In this document: positions 1 through 12,835 of the stretch, piece by piece | How positions within the stretch are numbered: the stretch's first letter is position 1 | Layout: each line of letters begins with the position of its first letter | DNA from: Camelus dromedarius | Taxonomy: Eukaryota | Reading direction: 5' to 3' | NCBI RefSeq assembly: GCF_036321535.1 | Contig: NC_087446.1 | Location: 48,856,001 to 48,920,000, forward strand | Length of the DNA stretch: 64,000 nucleotides | Made by a program: the position numbers and the translations under genes | Notes under the pieces: model-generated | Database searches by the model: none | The model's input: the letters and a program-made list of their open reading frames with translations, nothing else | What the model was told of the DNA's origin: nothing

Positions 1-430
1 CTAATATGGTCACAATGCAGGGAAGAGCTTGAAGGTTGGATCTTACATGTAAAACTTCTAATGTATTTTTCACTCACAGGGTTCAATCAAATTTTACGCT
101 GAAAATGAATTGGGTTGGAATACAGACCTCATCCCCCAGAATGCACTGAAGCATCACTTTTGACCTGGGTAAGGTCTGCACGCTGGCAGGGAGGCCACAT
201 CAGCAGCGAGATGGTTGTTAAAAAAATATAACGGTGTGAGAATTGCAATGAATTTTAATAAACTCATCTTTCTGCAATTTAAGTTCATTTCTTCTACAAG
301 AATATAGATATGTATATATATAAATAAATGGTCCTCTTTGTCATTAAAAAGAGGATAATGGTAATTTTGGACTCTTCCAGTGTGCCAAGCAAAAGGCTTT
401 TATTTTGTACAAAGAGATTTATCGTATTTA

Positions 431-500
431 TTTTTGTTTTTTAATTGACGTATAGTTAATTTCTGGTGTACAGCACAGTGATTCATTTATATATATATGT
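431..500 (-). mobile_element. L1 3'-end fragment
   Basis: T-tract followed by ttaattgacgtatagtt...tttctggtgtacagcacagtgattca, the same L1 3' terminus seen at 2124, 9503 and 50114. Confidence 0.6.
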
Positions 501-515
501 GTGTGTGTGTGTGTG
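488..515. repeat. (TA)n(TG)n compound microsatellite
   Basis: tatatatatatgtgtgtgtgtgtgtgtg read directly. Confidence 0.9.
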
Positions 516-1924
516 CATGTATGTAATGGCCTATAATAAAAAAGAATATGAAAAGGAATGAACAAAGCAATTTAAGTGGGGACCTGGAGTAAACCATTTC
601 ACGTGGTATTCAGTGCTGCACAGCTTTAATGATGTGTGAATTTATTTCACATTCCCCATTACTGAAGTGGCAGCTCTAGAGTGTAGACGAGTCTGCAAGT
701 AGGTCTTTCGTAGATGAGTGGCCTGGTGCTGCCCTCCCCAGGGCGCCATGCTTGTGGGCCACCTTCACCCAGTCTGCCTTGATTAGCCCATCACCCTTGC
801 TGTGAAGGTCTCTCTTCCTCCAGAACCAGTTAAACAGCTGAGCCCGTTCTCTTGGACCCACTGTTTCTTGACCACCTGTCCATTTTCTAGTTGTTGAAAG
901 GAATATTTCTGAGTAACAGCTCCTGGCTCCTTCCCATAAGGTGCCTGGAACCTCGGCCGCCCTCGTCCCCTTAAAATGCTTTGACTCATGATGTGAACCC
1001 AGCTTAGGGCTGTCCTCCGAGAACCTCACCTCAAACAGTTAAGAAGTCCAAGTGAAGAAGGAGCAGCAATGGCTCTGAAAGGAGATAGCCACGGACAAGG
1101 GGTCTCCCCTTCATCGAGGGCCTTGGAAAGGCTTTCGACAAAGGAACGATGTTGTGGAATCATTCCTTTCCTCTTTGTGGTGTTGAGCATTCTAGGATAA
1201 GGCCACCGGGAAACAGGCGAGAAATGGGAAAGCTTCATTGCTTGGAGCAGGAGGGTGAGTCTGAATGTGAGGCTGACCCCGCCTTCTTGCTGTCAGCAGA
1301 GGTTTTACCTGGTACACAGGCATTCTAAGTCGGTCACAAGAAACAGGGATGTGACGAGGGGACGGAGGCAGACAGAACTCAGCAGTCCCGCTTGCCATAG
1401 CAGATTGCCAAGGCGGTTGCAGATTAGGAAAAGAATGTTCAGTGGCAACTGGTTTATCGAGAAAATGGCAATTTGGGCTTGAGTATTACAATTCTTTTTA
1501 CCTATGGGCTATGAAAAGGTGGTAAGCCGTCACCATGGTACTGACCCCTGCCCTCTGCACACCTGACTGGGCGAGTCCTCCAAGAGGTCTCTGCCTCCAC
1601 ATTTCCTACCTCTGAGATGGGGTGCTTGCATATTGTCCTCCCAGCTCTCCTGGGCCGTTCCACGTGGCTTAGCTCAGATGTCCATTCCTGAAGTTTCCTC
1701 TGAGAACCGTTGACGAGGACTGATCTCTCTTTTTGAAATCTGTGTGGGTCAATTTGAATGGTGTATAACACTCACTTCCTAGAGCCTTCTTGTGGAGTTA
1801 TTTCTGCATTTGCCTCCCTTCTTGCATTGGACTTATCACTGAGAGAAAATCCCTATGTGGCGGGAATCAAAGTATTCACAGTTTGTGTCCAACCTCTTTT
1901 ACTCCTGGTGAAATATTTCTAATC

Positions 1925-2065
1925 GAGGCATTACTGTCCTTGTTTTAAAAATGAAGACACTGAGGCCCAGAGAGATTAAAGGACTTGTTGGGGTTCCATG
2001 GGCGGTGACGTGGAGGGTGGCAATTTTGACTCGGGTGTGTATGACTGCTCAGCCTGTGCTGTGAT
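1925..2065 (-). mobile_element. MIR SINE fragment
   Basis: aaaaatgaagacactgaggcccagagagattaaaggacttg matches the reverse of the MIR core (gaaactgaggcacagagaggttaagtaacttg). Confidence 0.7.
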
Positions 2066-2123
2066 CCAACATTTTAGGCTGATACTCTCAGGGCAGGAGT
2101 GGGAACTAAATGTTAAAAAAAAC

Positions 2124-2480
2124 TTTTTTTTTATTGAAGTGTAGTTGATTTATGTTTCAGGGGTGCANNNNNNNNNNNNNNNNNNNNNNNNNNNNNNNNN
2201 NNNNNNNNNNNNNNNNNNNNNNNNNNNNNNNNNNNNNNNNNNNNNNNNNNNNNNNNNNNNNNNNNNNNNNNNNNNNNNNNNNNNNNNNNNNNNNNNNNNN
2301 NNNNNNNNNNNNNNNNNNNNNNNTGTTATTATAGGAAATTTAATATAGTTCCATGTGCTATATAGTAGGTCCTTGCTGTTTATCTCTTTTATGTATAGTA
2401 ATGTGTGTCTGTTAATCCCCAACCCCTAATTTCTCTCTCCTCACCCTTTTCCCTTTGGTAACCATAGTTTGTTTTCTATA
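2124..2480 (-). mobile_element. L1 3'-end fragment spanning an assembly gap
   Basis: ttttttttttattgaagtgtagttgatt ... aatatagttccatgtgctatatagtaggtccttgctg ... ccctttggtaaccatagtttgttttcta; collinear with the L1 ends at 9503 and 50114. Confidence 0.85.
2168..2323. other. Assembly gap (156 N)
   Basis: N run inside an L1 fragment. Confidence 0.99.
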
Positions 2481-3281
2481 GGACCTAATTTTTATCCTCT
2501 CCAGGGACTGTTAAATAATTGTTGATTTGATTAGTGATTCTGATAAATCATTTGGCATTTGGCCTTGTAAATGGTTGAAGATGGCATTAAAGAAAAAGGA
2601 GTGTGTTTTGTGTCTGATGTTGTGGTTAATTGATTACATGTAATTTTAGCATGATAGGGTCCACTGATAGGGTAAAATGATAAGACAACCTGATCTATTT
2701 GACCTGAGGTCCTTAAATTTCTCCCTGTCATTCTAGTGCATTTAAAAATATGGATGAATTAAGTAAGTGTTGGGGGCACTTACTTATTTAAAACACCAGT
2801 AGCAAAGAGGAGACATAGTGTTCTGATTTTCTTGAGTTCTTCATAACAGATTCAGGGGATGTTGAGCTCCAGGTCATCCTGAGATCAAAGGAAGTACACA
2901 CACTTGGTCTGAAGTCACTGTTTCTGGGGAAGGAATAATTTTGAGGGCAAAGTAATGTAATATCCCTGGAACTGAGGTCCATTTCATGGGGACCTGAGCC
3001 AGGTCAAAATAAAAAGACCCAACACTCAATGTGCCACAAGGCGCTCTGCTGGCCAAGCGACTGAGCAAAGCACTTGGGAGGCAGTGGGTAGGGCTGCACT
3101 CTTTCCCCTCCAGCTGAAGAGGCCACTGGGGCAAAGCAGAGAGGTGGTGGGGCTTTCACAGGCAGGGCGGGAGGGTAGCAACAGAGTCAAAACTACAAAC
3201 GTCTTAAGGGGAGGAACCAAGTCTTCCTTGCTCATTCTTTTAATTTCCAGTACTCAGCGATTTGCTTGGTCCATAGTCCTT

Positions 3282-3386
3282 AAAATACTATGAAAACGAA
3301 TAGATGTGTGTATATGTATGACTGAAACATTATGCTGTACACCAGAAATTGACACATTGTAACTGACTGTACTTCGATTTAAAAAA
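3282..3386 (+). mobile_element. 5'-truncated L1 3' end inserted into an L2 tail
   Basis: gtatatgtatgactgaaacattatgctgtacaccagaaattgacacattgtaactgactgtacttc plus A-tail; preceded by ttaaaa and followed by the L2 terminal ttgttgaatgaatg. Confidence 0.8.
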
Positions 3387-5317
3387 GTGCTTGTTGAATG
3401 AATGGCTATGAGAAGATAACATGGAATTGTGCTTTTGCCAATGTACAAATTATGTTATAGAAAATGTTAACTAACATGTTACATGACCCCAAGAGACCCA
3501 TTATTTGTGAACACTCCTGAGGCTTCTTCGGGATTATTCTGAGTTAGGTAGGAGGAAATTGGGGGCTGAGGGACACTGATATCCACAGTAAGGAGCTAGC
3601 CTGGGAGATCAGTGTTTCTTTCCTTCTGGTCCCATTCTTACCCTGGGCAGGTATGGCTTGAAGACACGGGAGCAACATGCTTATATATTTGTGTTGAGAT
3701 TTACACCACTGGAGATAGCTCTCAGGATAATAAGATGAGTGCTCTTGGAAACTGTTGTCATTTTCAGGGATCATTTAGTAAATTACTATTATTGTTTTTT
3801 TCAAATCTTAAAGGAATCCCAATACGGCCAGAAAGAGTTAATGTAACTTCCAAAAATTCTTTATATAGCCTAGGGACGGACATAGTCCCAGGAGAAGCTA
3901 TTTCCAAATTTAGTTTACAAACACAATGAAATGATCTATGTGGTAAAGGGTTTGAAGATGTTACAAAAATTATTTAATTAGGCCTTGAATTTAGCACCCA
4001 TTTAACTTACCATCTATAGCCTGGTATAATACATCTAAGGCTGCTGACTTTGAATTCCATTTTGAGCTTGTAAGCCTTTTTGAAAACCTCATTTCCTTAA
4101 AAGGAACAAGAAGCCCTGTTTTTGTCCCTCACAGAGGAATTTGTGCAGGAAACAAGAAGGTAACAGGGTTAGTTATTTGAAGCAGATTCCTGCTGTGTGC
4201 TGCATCGTTGGCTAAATTACATCTGAGGCTCCAAAGACAGTTTAGTCAAATAGGAGTCAGAGCTTTCTGTTGATCTTTGAGAACAAATGAAATCAAGACA
4301 CACCATACACCTTCTACATTTCAGAAGTCCTAGAAGACGCCTCTGATTTTTTTTTTTTAAATTGAGACATGTAAAAATTCCTGGTGAAAGGCGAATGTTC
4401 TTAATTAGCACCTAGAAATATTGCTGATAGGCTATAAGTCTATCCATTTGGTAGTAAGCCCCCCAAAATGAACTTGAGAAGCAAAGAAGTATTTTGAGGG
4501 AGGAGAAGTGGAGGACCTGAGAAAAAGAAACTCTGCTGGACTGAGGAGTGACCCCAATTCACACATGATGAACAAGGTTCTTGTTTCCAGGGAAGCAACA
4601 TTTATTCAGAGGGAAGAAGCAAAGAGACTGACCACCTGGAGACACGATTTCCTTGGCTCCTAAGACCCAAGGTAGCAGCCAGACCCCAGCACAGCATGCC
4701 AGCCTGTGCAGCTGGATTTTCAGAGAATGTCATTGTGTTGGACATGATGTGGTGGAGTCTGCTTACCTGTGTATTTTTTTGGTGGTGTTAATTAAGCCAA
4801 TCTGGATGTCCAAGGTCCCTGACCAGATGCTCACAGAATTGTCCTCCGTGCAGTTTGATTCACCAGGTTCACTTGATAGCTTGTGAAATGAATAGGACCC
4901 ACTTCCATTCCAGACGAGCAGCCCAGTTATGAGGGAATAAGGTCAAGGCGAGGAGGACAAAGCCAAAGCCGGAGCTCAGCAGGAGGCTGGGCTGAGGCGT
5001 GGCGACAGGGAGGGTGAGGATAAGACCAAACGTGGAAACAACAAGGTCAGAGTTGGGAACTGGACAAAGACAGGAGAGCGGATCACCAGGCAGGATGCTG
5101 GAGAAGCCACGTGGATGCCTTTCTTCTCTCCAACTTGCCTTCTGTGACAGAGTAATAGTGCTTTGGATTTACACAGAAATTTCCTATGTAAGCATTTTGC
5201 TTCTATAAAATATCGCCATTTGGAGAACTCAATATTTTCTTAAAATATTTTATTCTTAAGAGGTTTATATGCAACAAACATCTCTTTTGAATCTCAAACA
5301 GAAATCCCATAAAAGGA

Positions 5318-5395
5318 AAGACTGAGCTTCATTCACCATTGAATTCCCGATGCGCAGGACAGGATGGTACCTCGTAAATATTTAAGTGAATGAAA
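5318..5395 (+). mobile_element. L2 3' terminal fragment
   Basis: ttcattcaccattgaattccc...taaatatttaagtgaatgaa resembles the L2 terminus. Confidence 0.5.
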
Positions 5396-5409
5396 CAGGA
5401 AGGAAACTC

Positions 5410-6600
5410 CCATGTACCAGGCACAGCTTCGGCTCTCAAGAGGTTTATTAGAAGGTTTAGGACATTTTCATTAATAACTGTACACAAGGCAGAAAATGGC
5501 ATTGGAGGAGATCTTACTCAATGAGTTTATAGTGAGGATGGAGTCTTCCTGGGGGTGAGAAGTGGGGGGAGATAAGGGAAGACTCTAAATGTCAGTAATA
5601 TTCTATTTAGACTTTCTAGAATTGGATAGAGTTTAGAAATGGCAAAGATGGAGAAAAAAGTATTCCAAGCCAAAGAAAATACATGAATGAGGGTATTTGA
5701 GAAAGTGTAGGGACCCTCTGTGGTTTTATTTCAGCTAAAGTGAAAAACGACATAATGGGGGCTGTGAGTCGGGATAAGTTAATTGAATTGATCCCAGAAA
5801 GGGATGTGGATACCATAGAAATGCGTTTGGACTTTATTCTGCAGGATGGAGAGAGATGGAGAGTTTTTGAAAAGGAGAAACATGGTTAGGGTCGTGTTTC
5901 TGAAAAAAGGAGTTGGCAGCAGAAGAGGTGATGAATTCGAGGACAGTGAGGTCAGAGGCAACTAGGGAGCCCTTCGTGGGGCCCAGCAAAAGGCCATGAG
6001 CATCTGAACCAGGGCGGTGATAACGAGGGTGGCACGTGCAGGTGCATGTGAGACGGTATCCCAGAAGGAGGTTCTTGGGTGCCGCTGGAATCCCCAGGTA
6101 TAACTGATGTAGAGTTGAAGATGTGGGAGTGAAACCTGGGAGGTAAGTCAGGGTATAGAAGAGATTTAGAAGCCATTATTTAAATAGCACTGTTGGTTGA
6201 AGCTGTAAAATTGAACGAGGCATCAAGTGAACGAGAGTAGAATGAGTAGGGAATTCCACCAAAAAAAGATCCTTTAGGAACACCTGGATTGATGGAGACA
6301 ATTAATGGAGAAGAACAGGAGAAAAATGCAGAGGAAAGACTGTCAGAGGCCTGGAGAGAATTTTGAGAAGCGAGGGCCCACAGCTGCTGATGTGGTAAGA
6401 AGATTAAGCTTGCAAAAAAAGAAAAAAACCTCCGTCAACCAAAAGTTCACTAGAGACACTTAAGGGAGTGTGCAGTGGTAGAGCTGAGGTAGTGATACAC
6501 CTCACTAATGCTGGACGTTTGGAGATTAAGAGCAAAGAGGTGTCTAGTGCCTTGACTGAGTGCTAAAGGAATGGGGAGAAATCTTGTGTTGCTTGTCAGA
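5410..6600 (-). mobile_element. Degraded L2 LINE
   Basis: Purine-rich tract with L2-like segments (gtattccaagccaaagaaaatacatg; gagatggagagtttttgaaaaggagaaacatggttagggtcgtgtttctgaaaa). Confidence 0.55.
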
Positions 6601-6604
6601 TGAA

Positions 6605-6680
6605 TGGAAGGATGGAAGGAGGAGGAGAAAAGAGAGAGAGAAAATAGAGAGAGAAAGAGAGAGAAGGGGAGAAAAAAATG
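6605..6680. repeat. GA-rich low-complexity purine tract
   Basis: ggaaggatggaaggaggaggagaaaagagagagagaaaatagagagagaaagagagagaagggg. Confidence 0.8.
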
Positions 6681-9502
6681 GATGGAGCATTTGGGAATAT
6701 TCTGATATCATTCCACATTTTTTTCTCTCTGATTCTTTCCAGTAGAGCCTGGAAAAGGGGCTTAGTAAATAAGAGATGTCAGATTATCTCTTGACTGTGC
6801 AATGTTTACCTGAACTCTGCTATTGCCAAGGCCCAAACTATGTTTTTGCAGATTTTTTTTCCCTATTATTTTTGTGTCATTTGTCGGCTGGAGTGTCCCC
6901 TGCGGGGGACTGGTCTGCCCGTTTGGAAACACAGACCTAGATTTTTTGGTTCCAAAGTATAAAAACTGACTGTTGAAGCTACTGCCATAACCTATTCATT
7001 CATTTGCGTGAATGGCTTAGATTAGAATGGCCCCATCAAGTCATTTTGTACCTTTTAAGGGCTATTTCTGCTTGTTTCTTGGCACAGGCGTGGGCTGCTT
7101 TTGAAAATGGAAGCCAATGCCAAAATTACATGCATATTCATAAACTATAAACAAACAGACAATTATGCATGCACAATCCGACACACCCCCTGTAATAATA
7201 AAACTGAAACCAAAGACACCACACAAAATACTTCTTTACTTTGCTGGCGGAGGCTGCGGAAGGCTTTTTGTAATACTGGGCTCAATTTTCAGAGTTTAGT
7301 ACAAGTCCACAATTAAAGATAGTACACACAAAAGAATTACTCTCAGATGTAGGATTGCAGGACCGTTTGCAACTCAAATGTATGTTATCTGGGGTATTGT
7401 TTGAAGTTCACAATACAGTGCTTACAATTGTATGTAGCCTTGGTCATGTTTTCAACATGTTCTTGGGAAAAGTTCTTTTATTTGCTTTTTAGCATCCATG
7501 GGCCTTTGCAATTTGGACTGTATACACAGCATCAAGATGCTTTTTCCCTTTCATTCAAACAAACAATGGCTTTGTAACTAAGAAGAAAATTAGTAACAGG
7601 TGAAAGTTTATTTTTAACTATGTTGAGATCAAATTGCTGTTTAACTTTCAGAACAACCCCCCCCACGTCTCTTTTAATGTTTCAAAATTATTTATAAATT
7701 AAACTTACACAACCTCGAAACAGGCTCAGAGCATTAAAATGGCCTCTTTATTCTGCTATACTAACCGAATACAAAGAATATTGTTTTGCTCTGAGTTTCT
7801 TCTTTGCAAATTTATTTTTAAAGCATCTTGCATCATAAAAATTTACATAGAGCTGTCTTGGAGGCTTTTAATTTTATACTTGTGTGTACATCAAAGTTTT
7901 GTGCTTAGAATATGTTATTTTGTAAATTTATACTAATGTTTGGTTTTATTAGATATGTTTCATATTTCATTGTATAACATGATTGTATCTTTGGGGGAAC
8001 TTTTCTTTTTGGTTATCCTATTTCATTACTGTAATTTACATACCTTATAACCACCAATCTAATAAGAATATTTACTAAAGGTTAAATCTGCCCTACCCTC
8101 TTCCTCTTTGTTTAAAAAGTCACAGAGAGTGTTTAGCATCCATAGAACTACATAAACAATATAAATCAAGATCAAGTTTTACCCAATGTCTCTACTTCTA
8201 CCATAAATTTCTGTTGAGATAAATCAAATGTTGAATGATTCCATTAATGAGGGCTTCATAAAGTATTTGGGACAGAAGGAAGAGAGATTTCAGCTCAAAC
8301 AAAGACTGTTTCAAAGTCAAGCACTCTTCAAAGATGGGAGCAGTGACCTTGAAAGGTGGAGGGGTCACCAGAGGTGGGTAGAAGCTCCCCTGGAGAGGAG
8401 GTGACCCTCTTTAGTTAAGAAACTGGGGAAAATTGCCCAGGCCTTGTTGGACTTGCTATGTGAATGCTAAGAATCTACCAGTCTATAAGAATCACAAACT
8501 TGAGAACAATTCCACAGTGGAATCCAACTGAACTGACGCAGATTTTGAACACTGGGGTGTGGGCATGGTGGCTAGGTAGGGTTGAGGAAGGAGAAACAGG
8601 TTTATATAGACTTGGATGTGACACTGGTGACAAGTTAGAATTTTCTTTTGCTCCAGTTACAGATTTTCTGTTTCTTTTTGAAAGCTTTTATTTGTAACAC
8701 TGTGTAATACACGTGGACATTTCCAAACCAAATTTAAAAAGGTAGGTTAGAGGGCAAACTCCTGTGAGTTAGTGTGTCTTCTTCATCCAGCCCTTGGCAT
8801 TCTCATGCAATATTCCACGAATCCTTGTGAATATGAGATTCTGCAAATGCTGTACAGATTTAGTCCAATCCCGCTTAATCAACGATTTATTGGATACCAG
8901 TTACGTGTAGTCATCATGCTAGCATGAGCCCCAGTCCTCTCATTACGGGGTTTGCATTCAGAGGGACAGGAATCAGGTGGAAGACTTGGCTGTTTTTACT
9001 TCTCTTCTACTCTTGCCCTCATATTCCCATTCCTCCTTCCTCCCACTGACAAACTGAATGAATAAATGCAGACTAGGGAGCCGAGGGTGGCTTGAGAACA
9101 GGTTAGCTTAGCAGACAAGTTCTGACTATGGAGGCTTCAGTGGCTCAGAGGTGAATCTGGACATAGGGAACCTGCAACATTTTTTCAGGCCAAGGAGTGG
9201 GTCAAATTCGCCCACCATAGCCAGTGCCCAGTGCGTGGAACGCACCATCCATGTTGGTTTAACCAATGAGTGGGCAGGACAAATGTCGGTGTTCCTCTCC
9301 CAGCTACTTTCCTAAAGCCTTTGTCCATCCCCCTCCTTACTTTGGTATAACCCCTATTATCATGCTACCATGGGTCCCCAGAATGCCTTCCCATCTCCTG
9401 CTCCAAATCAGAACTACCATCCTCTCAGGTGACGGTTTTGATCATTCCTGCCCTGGAGTGAATGAGTCCCAGGGCACCCCTAGGAAGTGTTGCATTTAAA
9501 CA

Positions 9503-10058
9503 TTTTTTTTTTTATTGAAGTATAGTTGATTTATAATGTTGTGTTACTTTTAGGTGTACAGTAAAGTGATACACACACATATATATTCTTTTTCAAATTC
9601 ACTCCCATTATAGATTATTACAAGATATTGAATATAGTTCCCTGTTCTGTATACAGTAGGCTCTTGTTTATCTATTTTATATATAGTAGTGTATATATAT
9701 TAATCTCAGACTCTTAATTTATCCCTCTCCCCACCATCTTTTTGTTCCCTTTGGTAACCGTAATTTGTCTTCTATGCCTGTGATTATTTCTGTTTTGTGA
9801 ATAAATTCATTTGCATCTTTTATTTTTCCACTTATAAATGATATTATATAATATTTGTCTTTCTCTCTCTGACTTACCTCACTTAGTATGATAATCTTTA
9901 GGTCCATCTGTGTCGCTAAAATGGCATTATTTCCTTCTTTTTTATGGCTGAGTAGTACTCCACTGTGGAATTTAGGTTGGACATTTAGGTTGCTTCCATG
10001 TCTTGGCTATCGTAGATAATGCTGCTGTGCACATTGGGGTGCGTGTATCTTTTTGTAT
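9503..10058 (-). mobile_element. L1 3' region with degenerate target-site duplication
   Basis: T-tail plus tattgaagtatagttgatttataatgttgtg ... cacttagtatgataatctttaggtccatctgtgtcgct; flanks taggaagtgttgcatttaaa (9481-9500) and taggaggtgtcgtgttttaaa (10059-10079). Confidence 0.9.
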
Positions 10059-10434
10059 TAGGAGGTGTCGTGTTTTAAAGACAAGCTCACTGCTCAGGTG
10101 ACTCTCAAGCTAGTGTCAGATGTTGAGGGACAGCACAGGGAATGCAGTTCTGAGTCGGGGCTGCTTGCTGGCTCTTCTTCCTCCACGTCTGCTTGCTTTA
10201 CCTTTTCCAGGGATTAAAATGTATGGAATCTGCTTTGCAGAAACAGATCATTAACTGCTACTTTCTCCCACTTGTGTGGACGCTGCATCCCAGGGGCTCT
10301 GGAGAAAGAGCCATTGCTCAGTGAGGAGGTGTGTGTTGCCAGAGCATATCACACATATTTGAAATCTAGCCTCCCAGTGGTGGGGTCCTCTTTGAATTCC
10401 CTTGCAGTGCAGTTTTAAGTGCATCACCAACACT

Positions 10435-11014
10435 TTTCCAGTCACGTATGGCTGCGTAAAACCACCCAAACTAAGAGGTGTAAAACAGCGACCATTTCAC
10501 GGTGCTCATGATTCCGTGGGTAAGGAGTCCCATGGAGCACAGCCCACCATATGTGGGGCCTCGGCCGGGAGGACTCCAGGGACTGGGGCTAGAATCCCCT
10601 GGAGAATTCTTCAGTCACATGCCTGGCACCTGGGCTGGAATGACTCCAAGGATTACAAGATATTGTAATTCAGTTGGGATCGTTTACCAGAACACCCACC
10701 TGTCGCCTCTCCTTGGGGCTTAGCTCCTCATAATGTTCAGCCGGGTTCAGAGAGGAAGCATCCAGGAGAGTGAGTGTTCCCAGAGCACAAGGGGAGTCTG
10801 CATGGCCTTCCTCTCCTCGCCCGGGAAGTCAGGAAGCCGGGATCCCTGGTGCCGACCCCTGTTGGTTACAAGGGAGCCACCAGGCCAACCAGATTCAAGA
10901 GGAGAGGACACAGACTCCTCTTCTTGGTGGAGGAGAGGCACGGTCGCATGACCGGAGAGCAGGCGGGGCAGGAGTCAGTGGCGTGTTCCTGTTCCAAAAG
11001 CACAGACGGCCACA
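10435..11014 (-). mobile_element. MaLR LTR (MLT1F/G/H-like)
   Basis: gctgcgtaaaaccacccaaactaag..., ggggctagaatcccctggag..., cagattcaagaggagaggacacagactcctcttcttggtggagg, ending in ggccaca. Confidence 0.75.
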
Positions 11015-11099
11015 GCCCTTCTCAGCGTGCCCCTTCTTAGTCTGGTAATAGTATAGCCAGGCTCAGTCTCCACAAATGGTCTCCAGTCCCCTCAGCCAC

Positions 11100-11245
11100 C
11101 CTGCAAAGTAAACATTACCCTCATTTCTGTGCTAAAGAAACTGAGGCCCAAAGAAGCTTAGAGACTTGCCTCAGGCCACACAGTGATAAAGCCAGGATTG
11201 TACTCTGGCTCTGTTTGACTCCAAAGCCCACACTCCTTCCATTAT
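11100..11245 (-). mobile_element. MIR SINE
   Basis: aaagaaactgaggcccaaagaagcttagagacttgcctcaggccacacag...gtttgactccaaagcccacact. Confidence 0.8.
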
Positions 11246-12444
11246 ATGACATTTTTTATATTAGATTATATGGGGAAAGGAGAAAATTGTGTTTAATAGG
11301 ACTCATTTTAACCTGCTCTGGTAATTAGCGAATTATAAGGGATTATTTAAACTGAAATAAATATGTGTTCATATTGGAGAAATGAGAAAGTCCTCCACAA
11401 CACGAGTCATTTTCCCTTCTTAGTGATTTTTTTGGGGGGAGTCTACACTGAAACGAGTTGGAAATACGATGTAAACATGAATGCAGACTTTCTAAATTTA
11501 GATTATACACTGTTCAGGTGATAATGGGGTCGTCAAATGTTCTGGGAGGAAAGGAAAAAAACCTCCAAATTTTTACAGTCATTGAACAGCGGACTATCTG
11601 AAAATGTTAACAAGATGTAGCAGACCCACTGTGAGAGGGAAAAATCAAGATTGTTTCTCACCATAGTCCTTGTTTCAAAATTTTCCAGCGCATCTCTCTA
11701 CAGGCGCTCTGGCATTACTTAAAGCCAGCTTGTTGAGGCTTTTGTGATGTATTAGATAGAATTGGGAGCTATTCGATTTTCAAAGGAAACGTGTCTATGA
11801 CAAATGCTCTGTTTGTGTCTGTAAGTGAATGTACATTGTTGTGACCTGGAGTTAGCTAAAAAGGCGGAAGCTAGAATTTTACAAAATGTATACAAATACT
11901 AAATTTCTGGTTCTAGCGTCTTTGTGTCTGTGTGGATATGTATGTGGGAGAGAAACTGGGGTGCTGGGAGAAACAGTCTGCTTTTTTCCATGAGGAAAAA
12001 ATATTGCTTTAAAACTACGTTTGATTTATGTAACTTGCATATATTTACTTTAGAGAACAAAGAATAAATTATCAGGCCTCTGAAAGACCGGCGAAATTCC
12101 ACGGACCCAGATTCCTCCGAAGAGTGTGCTGTTCTGCTTTCTAGATAAATGTGTTAATAATTTATAACCCCAGGCAGTTTGAGTGGTGATGCTGGGGTGT
12201 TTTCAGGGGAGGGGACCTCGACTCTGATATATGTCCTTCCTGCTAATTGAGTATTGGTGTCATTATTCACAGTTGGATTTTTGAAGTTTCCCCTCTCGAG
12301 TTCCCCTGGAACACTGCCACAAGCAGCTGGTGAAGAGGGTTCGGGAGAAAGCATCATGGGGTCAGAATCGGGGAGGGGCTGGTGAGCTTTCCCAGGAAGG
12401 GAAGCTCAGAAATCAAGAAAGGGCAGGAGCTCCGTTTCCTCCCT

Positions 12445-12835
12445 CGGACTCCTTTGCTAGGGCTGCCGTCACAGAGAATGTACCACACCCCCGGGGCTTC
12501 CCCACAGATTTGGAGGCTAGAACCACGGTGTTGGTGGGGTTGGTGCCTTCCGAGGGCTGTGAGGGAAGGAGCTGCCCCAGGCGTCTCTCCTGGGCTGTGG
12601 ACGGCTGTCATCTCCCTGTGTCTTCACACCCCTCATCCTCCGTCTATGCCTGTCTGGGTCCGATTTCTCGTTTTTATGAAGCTGCTAGTCAAGCTGGATT
12701 TGAGCCCGCACTCATGACCTCATCTGAATTCGGTAACCTGTGTCAAGACCCTGTCTCCAGATCGGGTCCCATTCTGAGGTGCTGGGGGTTCAGACATCAA
12801 CACTGCAGCGGGAAGGATGCAGTTCCACCCATCAC
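12445..12835 (-). mobile_element. MaLR LTR (MLT1A-C-like)
   Basis: ctagggctgccgtcac..., ggaggctagaa..., ccttccgagggctgtgagggaagga, gaccctgtctccagatcgggtcccattctgaggtgctgggggtt. Confidence 0.85.

Noticed and set aside
676-1771. Several minus-strand ORFs (117, 70, 68 and 89 aa) and good splice-donor matches in a GC-richer unique block
   Set aside because: No recognisable protein. The frames are closed by stops just upstream, starts are mostly GTG/TTG, and I could not build an open acceptor-to-donor exon.
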